From assembly GCF_009914755.1 (NCBI RefSeq), contig NC_060927.1: a DNA stretch of 64,000 nt; one strand, 5' to 3'. Below are positions 13,185-25,374 of the stretch, piece after piece (within the stretch, counting starts at the first letter, position 1; every line of letters begins with the position of its first letter). A program made the translations under genes and the position numbers. A model generated the notes under the pieces. The model was not told where the DNA came from. It saw only the letters and a program-made list of their open reading frames with translations, and made no database searches. This stretch comes from the human T2T-CHM13v2.0 reference genome, Homo sapiens.

Positions 13185-13264
13185 CCCGCTGGGCACTCCA
13201 GCGGCCCCCCGAGCGGGAGCGGCTCCCTCTTTGCCGTTCGCCGGGGCGCTGGCGCCCACCCCCC
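13185..13264 (-). other. FOXP1: FOXP1 alternative first exon 1a (5' boundary approximate)
   Basis: Donor GGG|GTGCGT at 13184-13179; junction to exon 2 matches the recalled mRNA. Confidence 0.75.
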
Positions 13265-13292
13265 TCCTCCCTCCCCCCTCCCCCCCGACATC

Positions 13293-13407
13293 CCGGAACA
13301 AATAAATAAATAAGGCGCGCGAGAGAGGCCAACACGTCGCGGAGGGAGATGTTGTTATTTTTTGCTGTTGTGCGTCCCTGACGTCACATCCACCTGCTGG
13401 GTAAACA
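13293..13407. promoter_or_regulatory. Proximal promoter motif cluster: tandem forkhead-like ACAAATAAATAAATA, full CRE, E-box, FOXP/FOXO site
   Basis: ACAAATAAATAAATA 13298-13312; TGACGTCA 13379-13386; CACCTG 13391-13396; GTAAACA 13401-13407. Confidence 0.6.
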
Positions 13408-14499
13408 ACCGGGCTCCCAGAAAAAAAAAATCGCAATTGCCAAAGAATGGGGGGGGGGGTTGGGGGGAGGGATCCAGGGAGGGGGAAGTGAGGGGCGTCC
13501 AGGCAGGATTGGAAAGAGGAGAGGGAGGCAGAGCCCCGCGGACCAGAGAGAGGAAGGGAACGCCAGAGCAGTCCCTGGCAACAGAGGGATCTGGCAGGAA
13601 AGACCTGGAAAATAAGGGGCAGGGGGGCGGAGGGGGAGATTCCTCAGGAGATGGGAAATGGGGGGCCCATTCAGACAGCGGAAAAAACGAGAAGGGAGAG
13701 TGTTAACTAGGGACGAAGATGGGAATGCGATGGCTATTTGCTTGGATTCTGAGCTAAAAATATGAAAGGGAGGGGAGAGGACAGGCTAGAATGTGAGTTT
13801 CCTCCAGTTAAAAGTGAAAGTGTTTTGCCATCAGTGACAGTTGAAGGAGAGCGGGGTGGGAGGTGGTGTTTTCAACCCCCTTTCTCCCTCTCTCCCGTCC
13901 TCCCTCGGTCTCTCCTCTTTCTTTCTGCACTTTGTCCAATGAAAGAAGGCGAGTTCGGGAGGTGAAAGTTCAGCAGAAGGACAAACCCCTGTTTGCAAGG
14001 AAACAGAAACCCCGCCAGCCAGCGAGGGGTTTTCTCCCCTGTTTCTCGGAATCAGGAGAGTGTGAATGTGGGACGAGCTTCTGCCCCCTTGTCAGAGCCA
14101 CTGCAGGAATGTGCAATCGAGTCCACTTTGGGGGAAGGTGGCTGCATCAGGAACTGTGTTCTTGCCACGACTCCTCTTAGGAAAACGCCTGGGGGCTAGC
14201 ATGTCAGTCCGTTGTTTAACACAAATTACCTGCTCTCCCAGTGATCAGTCACGTGCAAAAAGCTTTGTCCAATTCTTTGAAAAGGTGAGATTTTTTTTTT
14301 TCTTTTTGCGGTTTTTGAAGTTTGGTTGAATTTAGAAATTCGAAGGAATAAACTAAGAGCCTGAATTAAATGTTTTGAAATATACATACATAAAACAAAA
14401 GACACTAGTATTTCTTTCACTTTTATCAATACGCATAGAGAAGGAAGCAGAGTATGTGTTTCCAAAACGTGACTTGGAAAGCTGTAAGACCTCTATGTC

Positions 14500-14525
14500 T
14501 TGTTGTTGTTGTTGTTGTTGTTGTT
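14500..14525 (+). repeat. (TTG)n microsatellite
   Basis: Read directly. Confidence 0.9.
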
Positions 14526-16011
14526 AACAGAAGTAAATTTTTTCAGACCCACCACCACAGAAGTGGCCAGACTCCCAAACCAGCATTTCCAGCTACTGGC
14601 TGGCTGGTGTACACCAGGCCAATTCTTTATGAGAATATATTAAAAGTCACCCCTGTGGATTCCTACAAAGTACTTCCCCTTGCGGGGAGGGGAGAGGCTT
14701 ACTGTCCCTTTGGTCTTGAGACCAGCACAGTTGTAGATAATATCCTGAAAAGGTTATTATTAAATTCTTTCGCGTAATGCCCCTTTACAAATATTGTTAA
14801 ACATTAATTTACAGAAGAACTTAAATCTTAATTTCAAGGGTGGCATAAGACTATCGCTTTGAAATTGTATCTTTCGCAAGTTAAAAAAAAAAAATAACAA
14901 AGCCATTCGCTGATGCTACAGAATAAAAGAAAGGGAGGCTGCTAAGGTAATTTCAGCCTGGTAGAATTCACATTGCATGCATGCTGCATAAAGTTCCATG
15001 CTATCCAGATAAGACTATTCACTGAATCTTTTAGACTAGAATCTAGACCAATAAAATGCATTTTAGTTTGTATGGAATGTCCTAGCTTCCTAGAGGCTAG
15101 GGTTCGACGTCTTGTTTGTCAAGACATAAAGGGATTAATGACATACCCACTGTGTGCTAGACCACAGAGTGGGCACAGAGGGATGAAAAAATAAAAATTC
15201 CTGCCCTTGAGGAGCTCACAGTCTAAGCTGTCAATAATAACATCTAACATTTATTAAATACTATGATCTAGGCACTGAACTAAAAGCTTTATGTCAACTC
15301 AGTTAATACTGCCAACAACTCTTTGACATCACTGGAAATTCCATATGCTGAATTCACACGGAATTAAGTGGAAATCTACAAAGTAGCCAGTCTACTGGTT
15401 CTGTAGTGGTCAACCTATTAAAAATGGTTTTTAATTTCTAAAGTACTTTATGCCAAATATAACATGTTTATGGTATATGCCTGACTGTAGAATTATAACT
15501 CAGGGGAATAACGACTTATTTAAATGTAACAGATCTATTCATAGTCTGTAAAGAACAATTCATCCTCTGATCTTGTTTTTCAGATTAAGCAGTGTGTTTA
15601 TTAAAAATTATTATCATCGCAATACTAAAAAGATCTTTAGATTGCTGCTAATCTGATTCTGCATTTTAACTGCCTTAAATTCTACATTCACTTGCAAGTG
15701 GGGGCCACAGTCAGGTTGGCAACAAGTTTTGCAGACAAAAGGAAATCCTGGTTGTAAATCCCATGATATATTGTACTCAATTTTGTATGATACTGTCTAA
15801 TGTGCTGTGCTGCCTTATTAAAGAACTCGATGTCCATTTGGTTTACATTAGAGGGAAACTTAACTGCAGCTTAACATATTGTTCATTTTCAACACTGTCA
15901 CGTTACATTCGTGGGGGGCAGATTTTAATTTCTTTATCAGTAATCAACTGGAAGTTTCTTTTTGTTAAATTAAAGCAAGAAAGGTTTTAAAATAAAGGGC
16001 ATGGGGGTAGG

Positions 16012-16025
16012 ACGCCACCTTTTGG
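16012..16025 (-). promoter_or_regulatory. Candidate CTCF site
   Basis: CCAAAAGGTGGCGT versus core consensus CCASYAGRKGGCRS; retains a CpG. Confidence 0.4.
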
Positions 16026-17989
16026 TGATAAAACAAATAGAAATCCCTTCTGAAAACAGATGTTCCTGACATAATTTTATTTTTAATTACACCAAGGCAA
16101 AGGTGCTTGTCCCCATTTCGTTATATTTTAAGTAACAGGAGAAAAAAAAAACCAATGTAAATGCAAAATTAGCAAATTATAGTTAACTGCAGCCAAAATT
16201 TTCCCAAACGTATCAGAATATGTTAGTCCCCTGTCACATTACTGTTGATTGTATACACCAAACATGAGCTTCATTCACCAAATACCATGTCACTAAATAT
16301 ATGTACATTTGGGGAACAGAAACTGGAGTGGACATTTACCACCTGACGACGTACCTGAATGCTCTTGTAAGTTTTGAGTTGAACAAAAACTAAAACCACT
16401 TAATTTAGTGTTTCTTTAACCACAGTTACTGGTGTCCTGATTTTTGCCATATCTATATGACATAACAGTTCCCGAATAATTAATATACCATACTCATTGG
16501 AGGCCACTTATTATGGTAATTGTAGCAAACATTTTCATTTAAATCAACCTTCTTTTAATTTTTTTCTATTACTGCCTTAAATGGGAAATCAGTATCACCC
16601 ACCATAAATTAAAAACAAGCACAGTAAAAACAAAGTCACTGATTTCTCTTTGAGGGTCAAAACAAAAATTAAAAATGATTTTTGAAAAAAGGAGGGAGAG
16701 TGGCAAATGTTGAGAAGGGTTAAGGACAAGAGTATCAATGGAAATTTTTGAATTTTTGTTTTTTCTCTCTCTTTTTTTCTGTTTTTTTTTTTTTTTTTTT
16801 TTTAACAACCAGAAGGATTTAAAGTGATCGGAAAGGAATACAGTTCTCAATGTGTGATTCAGTGTTATGCCATCCTAGTGCCAAGGTTCCTACACTTTAA
16901 AAAACATGGGCATAACTAAGAATATCGCATTACAGATGAGGAATCTAAGGCCCAGGGATTTCATTTGCCCTCCAAGGCAAAATAAATTTGGTTACTGGTT
17001 GGACAAGGATTAGAATCCAGGTGTCCTGACTTTGTGGGTTTCCATCTCACTCTTTCCACTAAAGTGACCAATCCTCAGACTTAAGTGGTTTGTCTAGCTT
17101 CTCAGAAACAGCTAACCTACAGACCCCTTTACAGATCTGGGAGAAACTGAGGCCACAGAGGGTCAAGAACAAGTTCAACCCCCTGCTCACCGTCCTTTCT
17201 CTCCACCCTCTCTCCATAGATGTGACAGACATCCAGGTGGGGGTCAACACAGCAAAGAAAGAAGGGAGGGTTGAGAAGAGAAAAGTGGATTCAGAGAGGG
17301 GAGGTTAGTAAGCGTGGGCAGACCATTCTCTAAATGAAAGCTTAAACTCAGTTGCCTTCCAAGAAGATAAAAATGGCTAATGAAAATCATGTGCTTCACA
17401 GTAAGTGGTAAGAGGAGCCCATCCTCTGTGTCCTCATGTCCCTATATGTCCACACCGGAAATCAGCAGGGGATCTCTTGTTTTAAAGTATACAATATTAA
17501 CAGGCACACTCTGAGACAAAACCACATTTGATAATTTGAGTGGGTGGAAAAGCTAGTCAGGGAACGGGGAATGACCCTAGCTTAAAAAGTGTTTTCCCCC
17601 ACAACAAAACTTAAGAGGCTCAGAGTTAAATCTAGAAACAATAGTGCTTTTTCTGTTTTTCTAACTGGAGAGTGAGACCTTAGTTACCAAGACTGCACTT
17701 GCTGCTTTTTTTTAAAGTATGCAGTTATATAAACATAAATAAATATGGCCTGCAAATATTTTTATGTTTTTCTAAATTGGTGATTGTGAAAAGAGGTTGT
17801 GCATGACTGTACTGTATGAACATGGGTCTCAGTGGACTGTAATCCTCATAAACTACAAGGTACGGTGAAGCATTTGGCCAAGTATCATCAATCCAAAAAG
17901 CTGTTCTAATGCCCTGAGCATTCCCAGTGCAACGTTGGTACCTTGGAAACATGTAAAAGGAGTATGGGTGGCTCAACCCCATCTGCTAC

Positions 17990-18170
17990 AGGTACTAGAA
18001 CAATCTACAGCCTTACTATGCAAAATGAGATGTGCTGACCTGCAGAGCACCACCTCCAGGTTATGTCAAAAATGCAGAATGTCAGGCCCTACCTCAGACC
18101 TAGTGAATCAAATATCTGTATTTTAAAAAAATCACCCAGCCAAGTCTCACACACATTCAAGTTGGACAAA
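17990..18170. mobile_element. MER5A-like hAT fossil
   Basis: AAAATGCAGAATGTCAGGCCCTACCTCAGACCTAGTGAATCAAATATCTGTATTTTAA. Confidence 0.65.
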
Positions 18171-19539
18171 GGTGATCTATAGTACATGTGGCCCCTTATA
18201 CAACAGGCTGCATCTCAATATCTTGATAGCCTTAAACTATTTCACAGGTAGTCCTGTAAGTCTGCCATACATGATTCTCCAAACTGGCATCTTTTATAAA
18301 CTTTGTTGGTTCCTTATTTTTCAACCATTTGCAAAGTTAAGTCACTCAATCACCTATGCAAACCATAATTAATTCCTTTGACATTAATAGTCCGGTGACT
18401 TCTCTCTCCTGTTACCCCAAAGAGACTGCTAATTGCCCTCCAATTGTTTACCTTTGTATTGTTTTATGAGAGCTCAGAGAAAGATGGAAGATACTCTCCA
18501 CCAGGCCAGAAACAAATGCCAGACAGGTTTTGAAAAGGCTGAACACATGCTATGACTACACCTTGTTAGTAGAAGGGCTTTGCTTTCTTTGTTTTGTTTT
18601 CTTTTTTTATGGAAGGGATGACGCCTCCATAATTATAGGTGCTGCTGTTTAAAACCCAGAGTGTTTTCCAAACCACTGAGGGGCCACACCTCCAGCAGCC
18701 CATGAGCCATCCTGGCTGGATTATCTTTCCAGTTCTCTAAACAGTTCATCAAGCAGTACTAGATTTACATTAAGCATAACGAGAGTAAGGGACCCCATCC
18801 AAGTATGGTTTCTTTCTGAATAAACATGAAGGACTCACAGGTAAACCTCACAGCTGAAGGTTAATTTGTATCTGTGAAGTTCTCAGAAAGACTGTAGTAA
18901 AGGCCCCTCACCCACCTAACAAGACAGCAGGTTACTTTTGTAACACCCCCCCAAAAAATAATTAAAACCATTGTTTTAATACTATCCTAAGGCAGTGTAA
19001 TTAAGTCTCTGAGTGAGTAATTGTGTACCTGCATTCAAAATAAGATTTCACATGTAAAGCAAAGTTCTGATTGTAATCTCCGCGAAGTGTCTTGGCCTAC
19101 ATTTAGAATGCACAAGTGCCAGCTCAGCGTTACAATAGGCATTGTTCAGTAGAGCTGGAGACAAACTGTGTTTTATGAGAAGGGAAATGAGGCAGGTCTA
19201 CCTACCTTCGGGAACAGTAAGGCTGTGTGTTCCAAACTATGGAAGATTTCAGGAGGGACTGAAGGATATTAAGCATGGTGGTATGTTGATGAGACATCTC
19301 AGCCATAAGCTTGGGATTTGTTGAGTTTTTTGAAGTAATGGCTATAAAATAGCTATAAAAAGAAGCTTTCTTATTTCCCCAAGATGTCCTTGAACTACTT
19401 GTAAAATTTTAAAACTATACAAAGATTAAAAATCTGATTTTCCCAAAGCTAGTATGACTCCTTTGGCCTTGGACTGGAGTTGAAGGTATTCATGGGGTCA
19501 GGTTTTACACAAACACACACACACACACACACCCATACA

Positions 19540-20045
19540 CATGATAAATAGATATAGACATAAATCTATATGTGTACATATGTGTAAATTAGTATACATA
19601 AGTATACACACATATATTCCCTAGCTCTGTCCACTCAGAATGACTAGAAGCAATGATGATCCAATAGCAATGAGCACACCTAGCACCCAGATCTTGGTTT
19701 CTAAATACCTTTCTCCAATACAATAAATCAGGGATCCTTGAGGAGCTAGTTAATTCCAGGGTTGGGGTAGGGAAAATACAAAATAAGCACGGAGCATCTT
19801 GTGATGGAGTAAAAACCCAAAACAAAATGGGGGGCGGGGGGCAGCTCTGTAGAGGCTTACTGAAAGGCCACAGGAGGCAACCCCAGAGAGCTCCCAAATG
19901 CCCAAAGTTGAGACATCCTGAGCAAGAAAAGAAGTAACAATAGTACTGGATTATAATCCACAGAAGGAAATCTATATGAATCCATACTAACATGTATATA
20001 TGTACCCACATGTATATGTGTATATATCTACATACATAAACAAAT
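19540..20045 (+). mobile_element. Old L1 3'-end fragment (L1MC/L1MD-like)
   Basis: CTAGCTCTGTCCACT...AATGAGCACACCTAGCACCCAGATCTTGGTTTCTAAATACC motif. Confidence 0.65.
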
Positions 20046-20708
20046 GACACCTCTTCCTTCCGGAAGATGGGTAGGGCTCAGCAATCTGCGTTTTAACAGT
20101 TTTTAACAGGTGCTGCTGCTGCCACAGCCTATAGAACTCAAATCAGGCAACTGAAATCTTGGAAGTAAGGAGGCATAGGCATAGGGGCTACAGCAAATTT
20201 GAGCACACAGGCCTCAGCTAAAAGTGGCAGGTGCTATTTGCTATTACCAGGAAAGCAAGCACAGGGCGGGAAGAGCTTTTGAGTTTTCAAGGGAGGCAAG
20301 AAATCAAAGTCTTTCTCAGTTTTAAAATTCTAAATGGGCAAATCAAAACAGAGCTGCAGCATCTGTCAAGGCCACTGTGCATTTGTACATTTGTCACTCT
20401 TTGCAGAAACTAAGTCCCATGTCAGTTTAGGATAACAGGATTTGTTTCTCAAGTGAGCAGGGTGAAAACAATCAGAAGAGATGAAAAGAAACTTAGAGGG
20501 TACTCTGACTTCCTCTTAAATTCCTTCCCAGGCATGAGTAAGTCCCCATAAGCCCCCTAAACATCCTGGGGAGGAAGGCTGGCCTACATTCTGAGTCATG
20601 GCAGCAAAGACACACATTTTCACAATACCAAAAGGTCAAAACATCACTATTTAGAAGGTGCTGTTATTTAGAAAGATTCTTTATTTCTCCCCCAGAAGAG
20701 TGAGTTCA

Positions 20709-21007
20709 AGGCTGGGTGCAGTGGTTCACACCTGTTATCTCGGCACTTGGGGACGCTGAGGTGGGAGGATCCCTTGAGCCCAGGAGTTTGAGACAACCCC
20801 CAGCAACATAGTGAGACCTCATTTCTACCAAAAAATTAAAAATTGGCTGAGAGTGGTGGTGCACACCTATAGTCTCAGCTACTGGGAAGGCTGAGGCAGA
20901 AGGATGGCTGGAGCCTGGGAGGTCGAGGCTGCCGTAAGCCATGATCGCACTACTGCTCTCCAGCCTGAGTAACAGAGCAAGACCTTGTCTTAAAAATAAA
21001 AATAAAA
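20709..21007 (+). mobile_element. AluJ (first Alu in the window)
   Basis: Dimeric Alu with J-type GGAGGATCCCTTGAGCCCAGGAG and an A tail. Confidence 0.9.
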
Positions 21008-21496
21008 CACAATTTCTTTAATTTAAAAACCTAAAAATTTTACTGGGATATTTTACTCAAGAAATTCATGCATAGGTGACCTCTAGCAACCATTATTATT
21101 ACCCTCCCTCTGATCTATCCTGAAGAAAGCCAAGGAAAAGAGTTGAGTTGGTCTTTGCCTCATCTCTCTTGTGTCCACCCTTGCATACTCTTTCTGCTCA
21201 AATCAGTCCGGAGCCACATATATTAGAGTCCATACTTTCAAGGAACTTGCAGTCTAACTGGCTGAAGATACGTAGTAAATACAAAGAAGGTCATAAGATG
21301 AATACCTTAGAGGAAGCAGCAGAGGAGTAAGGAACCACATTGCAGTGGGGGCATGTCAAGACAATACAGCAAAGAGTCATTTGCAGCTGGGTCTTCCTGG
21401 AGAGCTAAGATTTTGGCACTTGGGGCTAGGATAGCCAAAGAGCACTGCAAGAGAAAGTGCAGCAGCAGCAATGATATGGAATCTACAATGCTCAGG

Positions 21497-22050
21497 ACTG
21501 GTTCACAAACTGCTGCGCATTGGAATCAGCTGGAGGGCTTTACAAAGGTTGGCTCCCAGGCCCAGACACTGTGATTTAATTGACCCAGAGTATGATCTGG
21601 GCATCAGGACTTTTAAAAGCTTCCCAGGTGATTCTAATGTGCAGTGAAGTTTGGGAACCCTTGATCTGGGTGAGTCTGAGGACAGCAGTGCACAGTTAGC
21701 TCGGCCTGTGTGAGGGGTCTTGGAGCCCTAAGTTACCCTAAACATTGTCCTTCCATAGTGACCAGTATCCTTTCTTTGAGAAAACCAGTCAATTAGGTGA
21801 ATTCCCCAGAAGGGGCTAGGCTGGCCTTCTTCTTCAGTGTGGCCCTCAGATACAGGCCTCAGCATCACCTGGATGGAGGGCGTCATTAGTATCAGGGCTC
21901 CAGAAAAAAAGAATTGATTAATTTCTTGGGATCCAGGAGCCCATTTCAAGCCTGCTAAATCAGCATTGGTGAGGGGCCTGGAAGTTGGCATTTTGAGAAG
22001 CTCACCATATAGTTTGTTATGCTGTATGTTGAGGTTTGGAATCCTTCTAT
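21497..22050. mobile_element. Cluster of MER5-type fragments
   Basis: TTTTAAAAGCTTCCCAGGTGATTCTAATGTGCAG...GTTTGGGAACC and a second copy at about 21830-22050. Confidence 0.6.
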
Positions 22051-22840
22051 GGAGATTTCCAATTGCCACCTACTCTGAGACTGTCTCCATTTTAAAAGGG
22101 AAGCCTTAAAAAGGGCAAGACATAAAAGAAACAAATCAAGACAGCTAAGCATTGTCAAAGATTCCTAGAAGTCATGGTGGAATTTTCCCTCAGGTTTCCA
22201 CAGGTGGAAAGAGAGTCCTCATTTTCCACAGGTGGAAAGAGAGTCACAAAAAAGGTTGGTTGAATTACCTCAGAACTAGACACGGTAAGGTCTTGGTTAT
22301 CGGCAGGGTCTTGGGCCTTAGACAAACCTGGTGGAAAATCTCTGCACCAGCACCATGCTTAATCAGTGTACCACCCTGGGCAAGTTTCTGAACATTTCCA
22401 AGCCTCCAATAACTGGACACATCTCACAGGGCTGCTGAGAAAATGGAACGAGAGAATGCCTGCACCGCACTTAGCCCAGGGCTGAGTGCACAGTGAATGC
22501 TCAGCAAATCTTAATGCATTCCGAAGTAGCAGAGCTTGATTCAAAACTCAGGAAGCCAGTTCAGCTCTTCTCTGGATTTCAACAGAAAGAATTCTAGGCC
22601 TTGGAGCCTCAGAAGTAGAGGAATGTTTTTTATGTCTGGATTGTCTCTGTGCCTTTCAAATCATTCCACCTAGGCTGCCTGCCCTGCCCACTTCTGAAAT
22701 CAGATCTGCTTCCCATTCCACAATTCTTGATGCAAGAATAAGATGGAGATACTTTCTTAAAAGAACTGGAAAATAGCAAAAGAAGACTCACCTTCCCAGG
22801 CAGGGACATCTGCATGAAGCTGAGTGGGGTTCCTCCAGAT

Positions 22841-23042
22841 CAGAGTCTCTCAACCTCAGCACAATTGACTTGTTGGGCTGGATAAGTCTTTATTTTGAGG
22901 TGCTGTCCCGTGCCTTATAGGATGTTAAGCATTGTAAGTATGGCACCTATCCCCCTTTGTGGGAGAAACAACCAGAAAGTCTCTAGACCTTGCCAAATGT
23001 GCCCTAGGGGGTCAAAGTTACCCTCAGGCAAGAAGCACGGCT
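22841..23042 (+). mobile_element. MER20
   Basis: TCTCAACCTCAGCACAATTGAC...GGGCTGGATAA...TCTCTAGACCTTGCCAAATGTGCCCTAGGGGG. Confidence 0.8.
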
Positions 23043-25374
23043 CTAGATGCCCCGCAGGCAGGCAGGCCGTAGCCTCTCTTTGGGCCACTAAAATACCTTT
23101 ACCTGGCACTGGTGTATCATTAATCTGATAACTTCCCCATAAAGAAGAGCAGAAATCAGTCTTATTTCTATCTGTAACTGGCTCTATACATAACCAAATG
23201 ATTTTCTTTTCATAACAGAGTGCTTAAGATGAGACTGTAACTTGAAGAGAACCTCAAGGTGGGCTCTACAGGGTGCTCAGTGGCTACCAACCCATTTTTC
23301 AGTTCTGGCAAAGCTGAACCTATTCCATCATGATTAAGCAGACTTTATTAGAGTCCACGACTCCATAAACAATGTCAGATATGTTGTGAGCCCCATAGCT
23401 CTCAGCCTAAAAACAAAACGCAATAAAGGAAGTGGTAACAAATAGAATCATAACTTTAGGATATTGCATCTCAGGATGATGCATGGAATTTAAATTAGGC
23501 AAGAGCTTCACCTGGATGCTCTAATTAAAAGTCTCCTTCTTCTGGGATGTCCAGGGCATTTGAATCTCAGGTACTGAAGTCACTAAAACTGACCAGACGG
23601 TTTATCATGTGGAGAGGTTTGTTTCTCTCACTAACTCCACCTTCTCAATACCCAGTCTTCAATCCTGTGTAGGGCTCCTGAACAACCTACATTGTGTAGC
23701 TTATTGTTGCTGTTTTAGCGACGAATTATGGAAATGTCTGAATGGATAGTAGATTGCTAGAAAAATTTGGGGGGAAAATGTGTTTGTTTCCAAGACTTTT
23801 GCTAAGGTTGGAATTTTGATGGGTTTGCAGCTAACATGATTTCAAGAATTCATTTTGACTTTGGCAGAACCTTCTTATGAGAAGAAGGAGTGGGCATCAG
23901 CCAAGGCCCCTCACACAAGCAAGTCTGATGTCAATTTCATCCACTCATTCATTCAACCAATATTCATCACATGCTACTGTGTAGTAGGCACCATTCTAGA
24001 TATTAAGGACAAAAGAGAAAACAAAACAAAAGATAAAATCCTTGCCCTCATAAAGCTTACATTCTAGTGAATTTCTTGATAATTTTTCAATGGAGCATTT
24101 TTTTAAGGAAGAAACTAGAAGCGATAACCACCAGTATAAACTGACCAGGTCAGCAGAGAGGATGTATTTTGTTAGAGTTGTCACTTAAACTATAAGGAAA
24201 TACCAAAAGAAACTTTTGTGGATTTTGAAGCAGTAGAGAAAATTGAAAAATAAATCAATACGAATAGTAAGATGGTAGTTCAGAACTTAACTACAAAGAA
24301 TTTTGAAGGTTAATTTATCAACAGTGGAAAAATCAGGCCACTATGATCTGTGTCCCCAGCTTAGCTAGAAGAAAGGCATAGGTCCTAGAAAGATTCAGAA
24401 AACAAAATGATGCAAGATTTTTGGAGGGGAGGAGGGAGAGAGAGAAAAAAACAGAGCGAGAGAGAGGGGGCACATCTCTTAGTGGCAAGTTATCTGTGGC
24501 ATTCCATTGGAAAGAGTTCTAGGCCCAGAGAGAAATGGAGGAATGAAGATTATGATACTGGCATCCCTACAAGGCTCCGATTGGCACAACAAAACCAGCC
24601 GTTCCTCCAGACAACAGAAAACAGCCTCTTCTGGATGCAGAATAGCAGAAGGTAGAAGGGGCCAATCCAATCTTCTCTGGTCGTTCCAGCAGGTGCTGGG
24701 GCAACATGAAATCACATGCTCGAGGGGAACAAATTGTGTATTTTTTGGGTCAGAATTCAAAAGTGAAAATTCTGGAGAAGAGATGATAATGGTCTGTATA
24801 ATTTATATGGTCATCCCCAAGGAAGCAGCAGCATCTGTGCTCCAAAAGAATCAAGCACGGCTGGCCTGCTGTTTGCCTCATGGATCTTTGCGCTGGCTGA
24901 AAGGTCACATGTGTCTGAATGTTTGGAAGCATATTACCCAGTTGTTTGTTTGTTTCTATCTTCCCTTTAAACAGTTTGGTCTCCTTCTGGGGAAAAGAAA
25001 TAATGTGAACAGAGCAAACACACACACGCTCTGAAAAATGCTCTGCCCCGGAATGCAATAAAGCCAGATTTTTCTAGGGCAAGGAGAATCTTAAAGAGGA
25101 AGACCTTAGCTTTTCTCACAGTTTCATCTCATGCTGAGTCCTGAATAATATGTTAAAAAAATTACAGTAGTGCTTCAGTTATGTAGCAATGCTAAAATTG
25201 GCTTCCCTGGTTTACAATGAAAGAAAATATAGTTAAGAATTCCATCTTGTCTGGTGTCCTTACAAATTCCTCTGTCTACAATTCACCTATGTCAGGATTG
25301 CCTCATTGAGGATAATATTATTTTATGCCTACTTTGTGTATTTGTGATATAATTATTCAATGCCTTATGCGCTG

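Larger units (their letters stand above)
1..13264 (-). other. FOXP1: 5' portion of the FOXP1 gene (non-coding exons 1a/1b and 2, intron 1, start of intron 2); the CDS lies outside the window to the left
   Basis: The spliced minus-strand sequence ...GAGTGCCCAGCGGG|AACCCGAAAGTTTGTAAGAGGAAGAGAGCGCGCGGCGAGCG...GACTCCGCGG matches my recollection of the human FOXP1 mRNA 5'UTR; canonical splice sites at each junction; CpG island. Confidence 0.88.
10650..13450. promoter_or_regulatory. CpG island / promoter
   Basis: Abrupt high GC with abundant CpG and GC boxes (e.g. GGGGCGGG near 11332) against CpG-depleted flanks. Confidence 0.95.

Noticed and set aside
10560-13706. Many long overlapping ORFs (up to 356 aa) in the CpG island
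   Set aside because: High GC suppresses stop codons in all six frames; the products are low-complexity R/G/P/A with no recognisable domain, and most begin at non-ATG starts
24507-25034. 175-aa ORF in unique DNA
   Set aside because: No recognisable homology or gene context; compatible with chance
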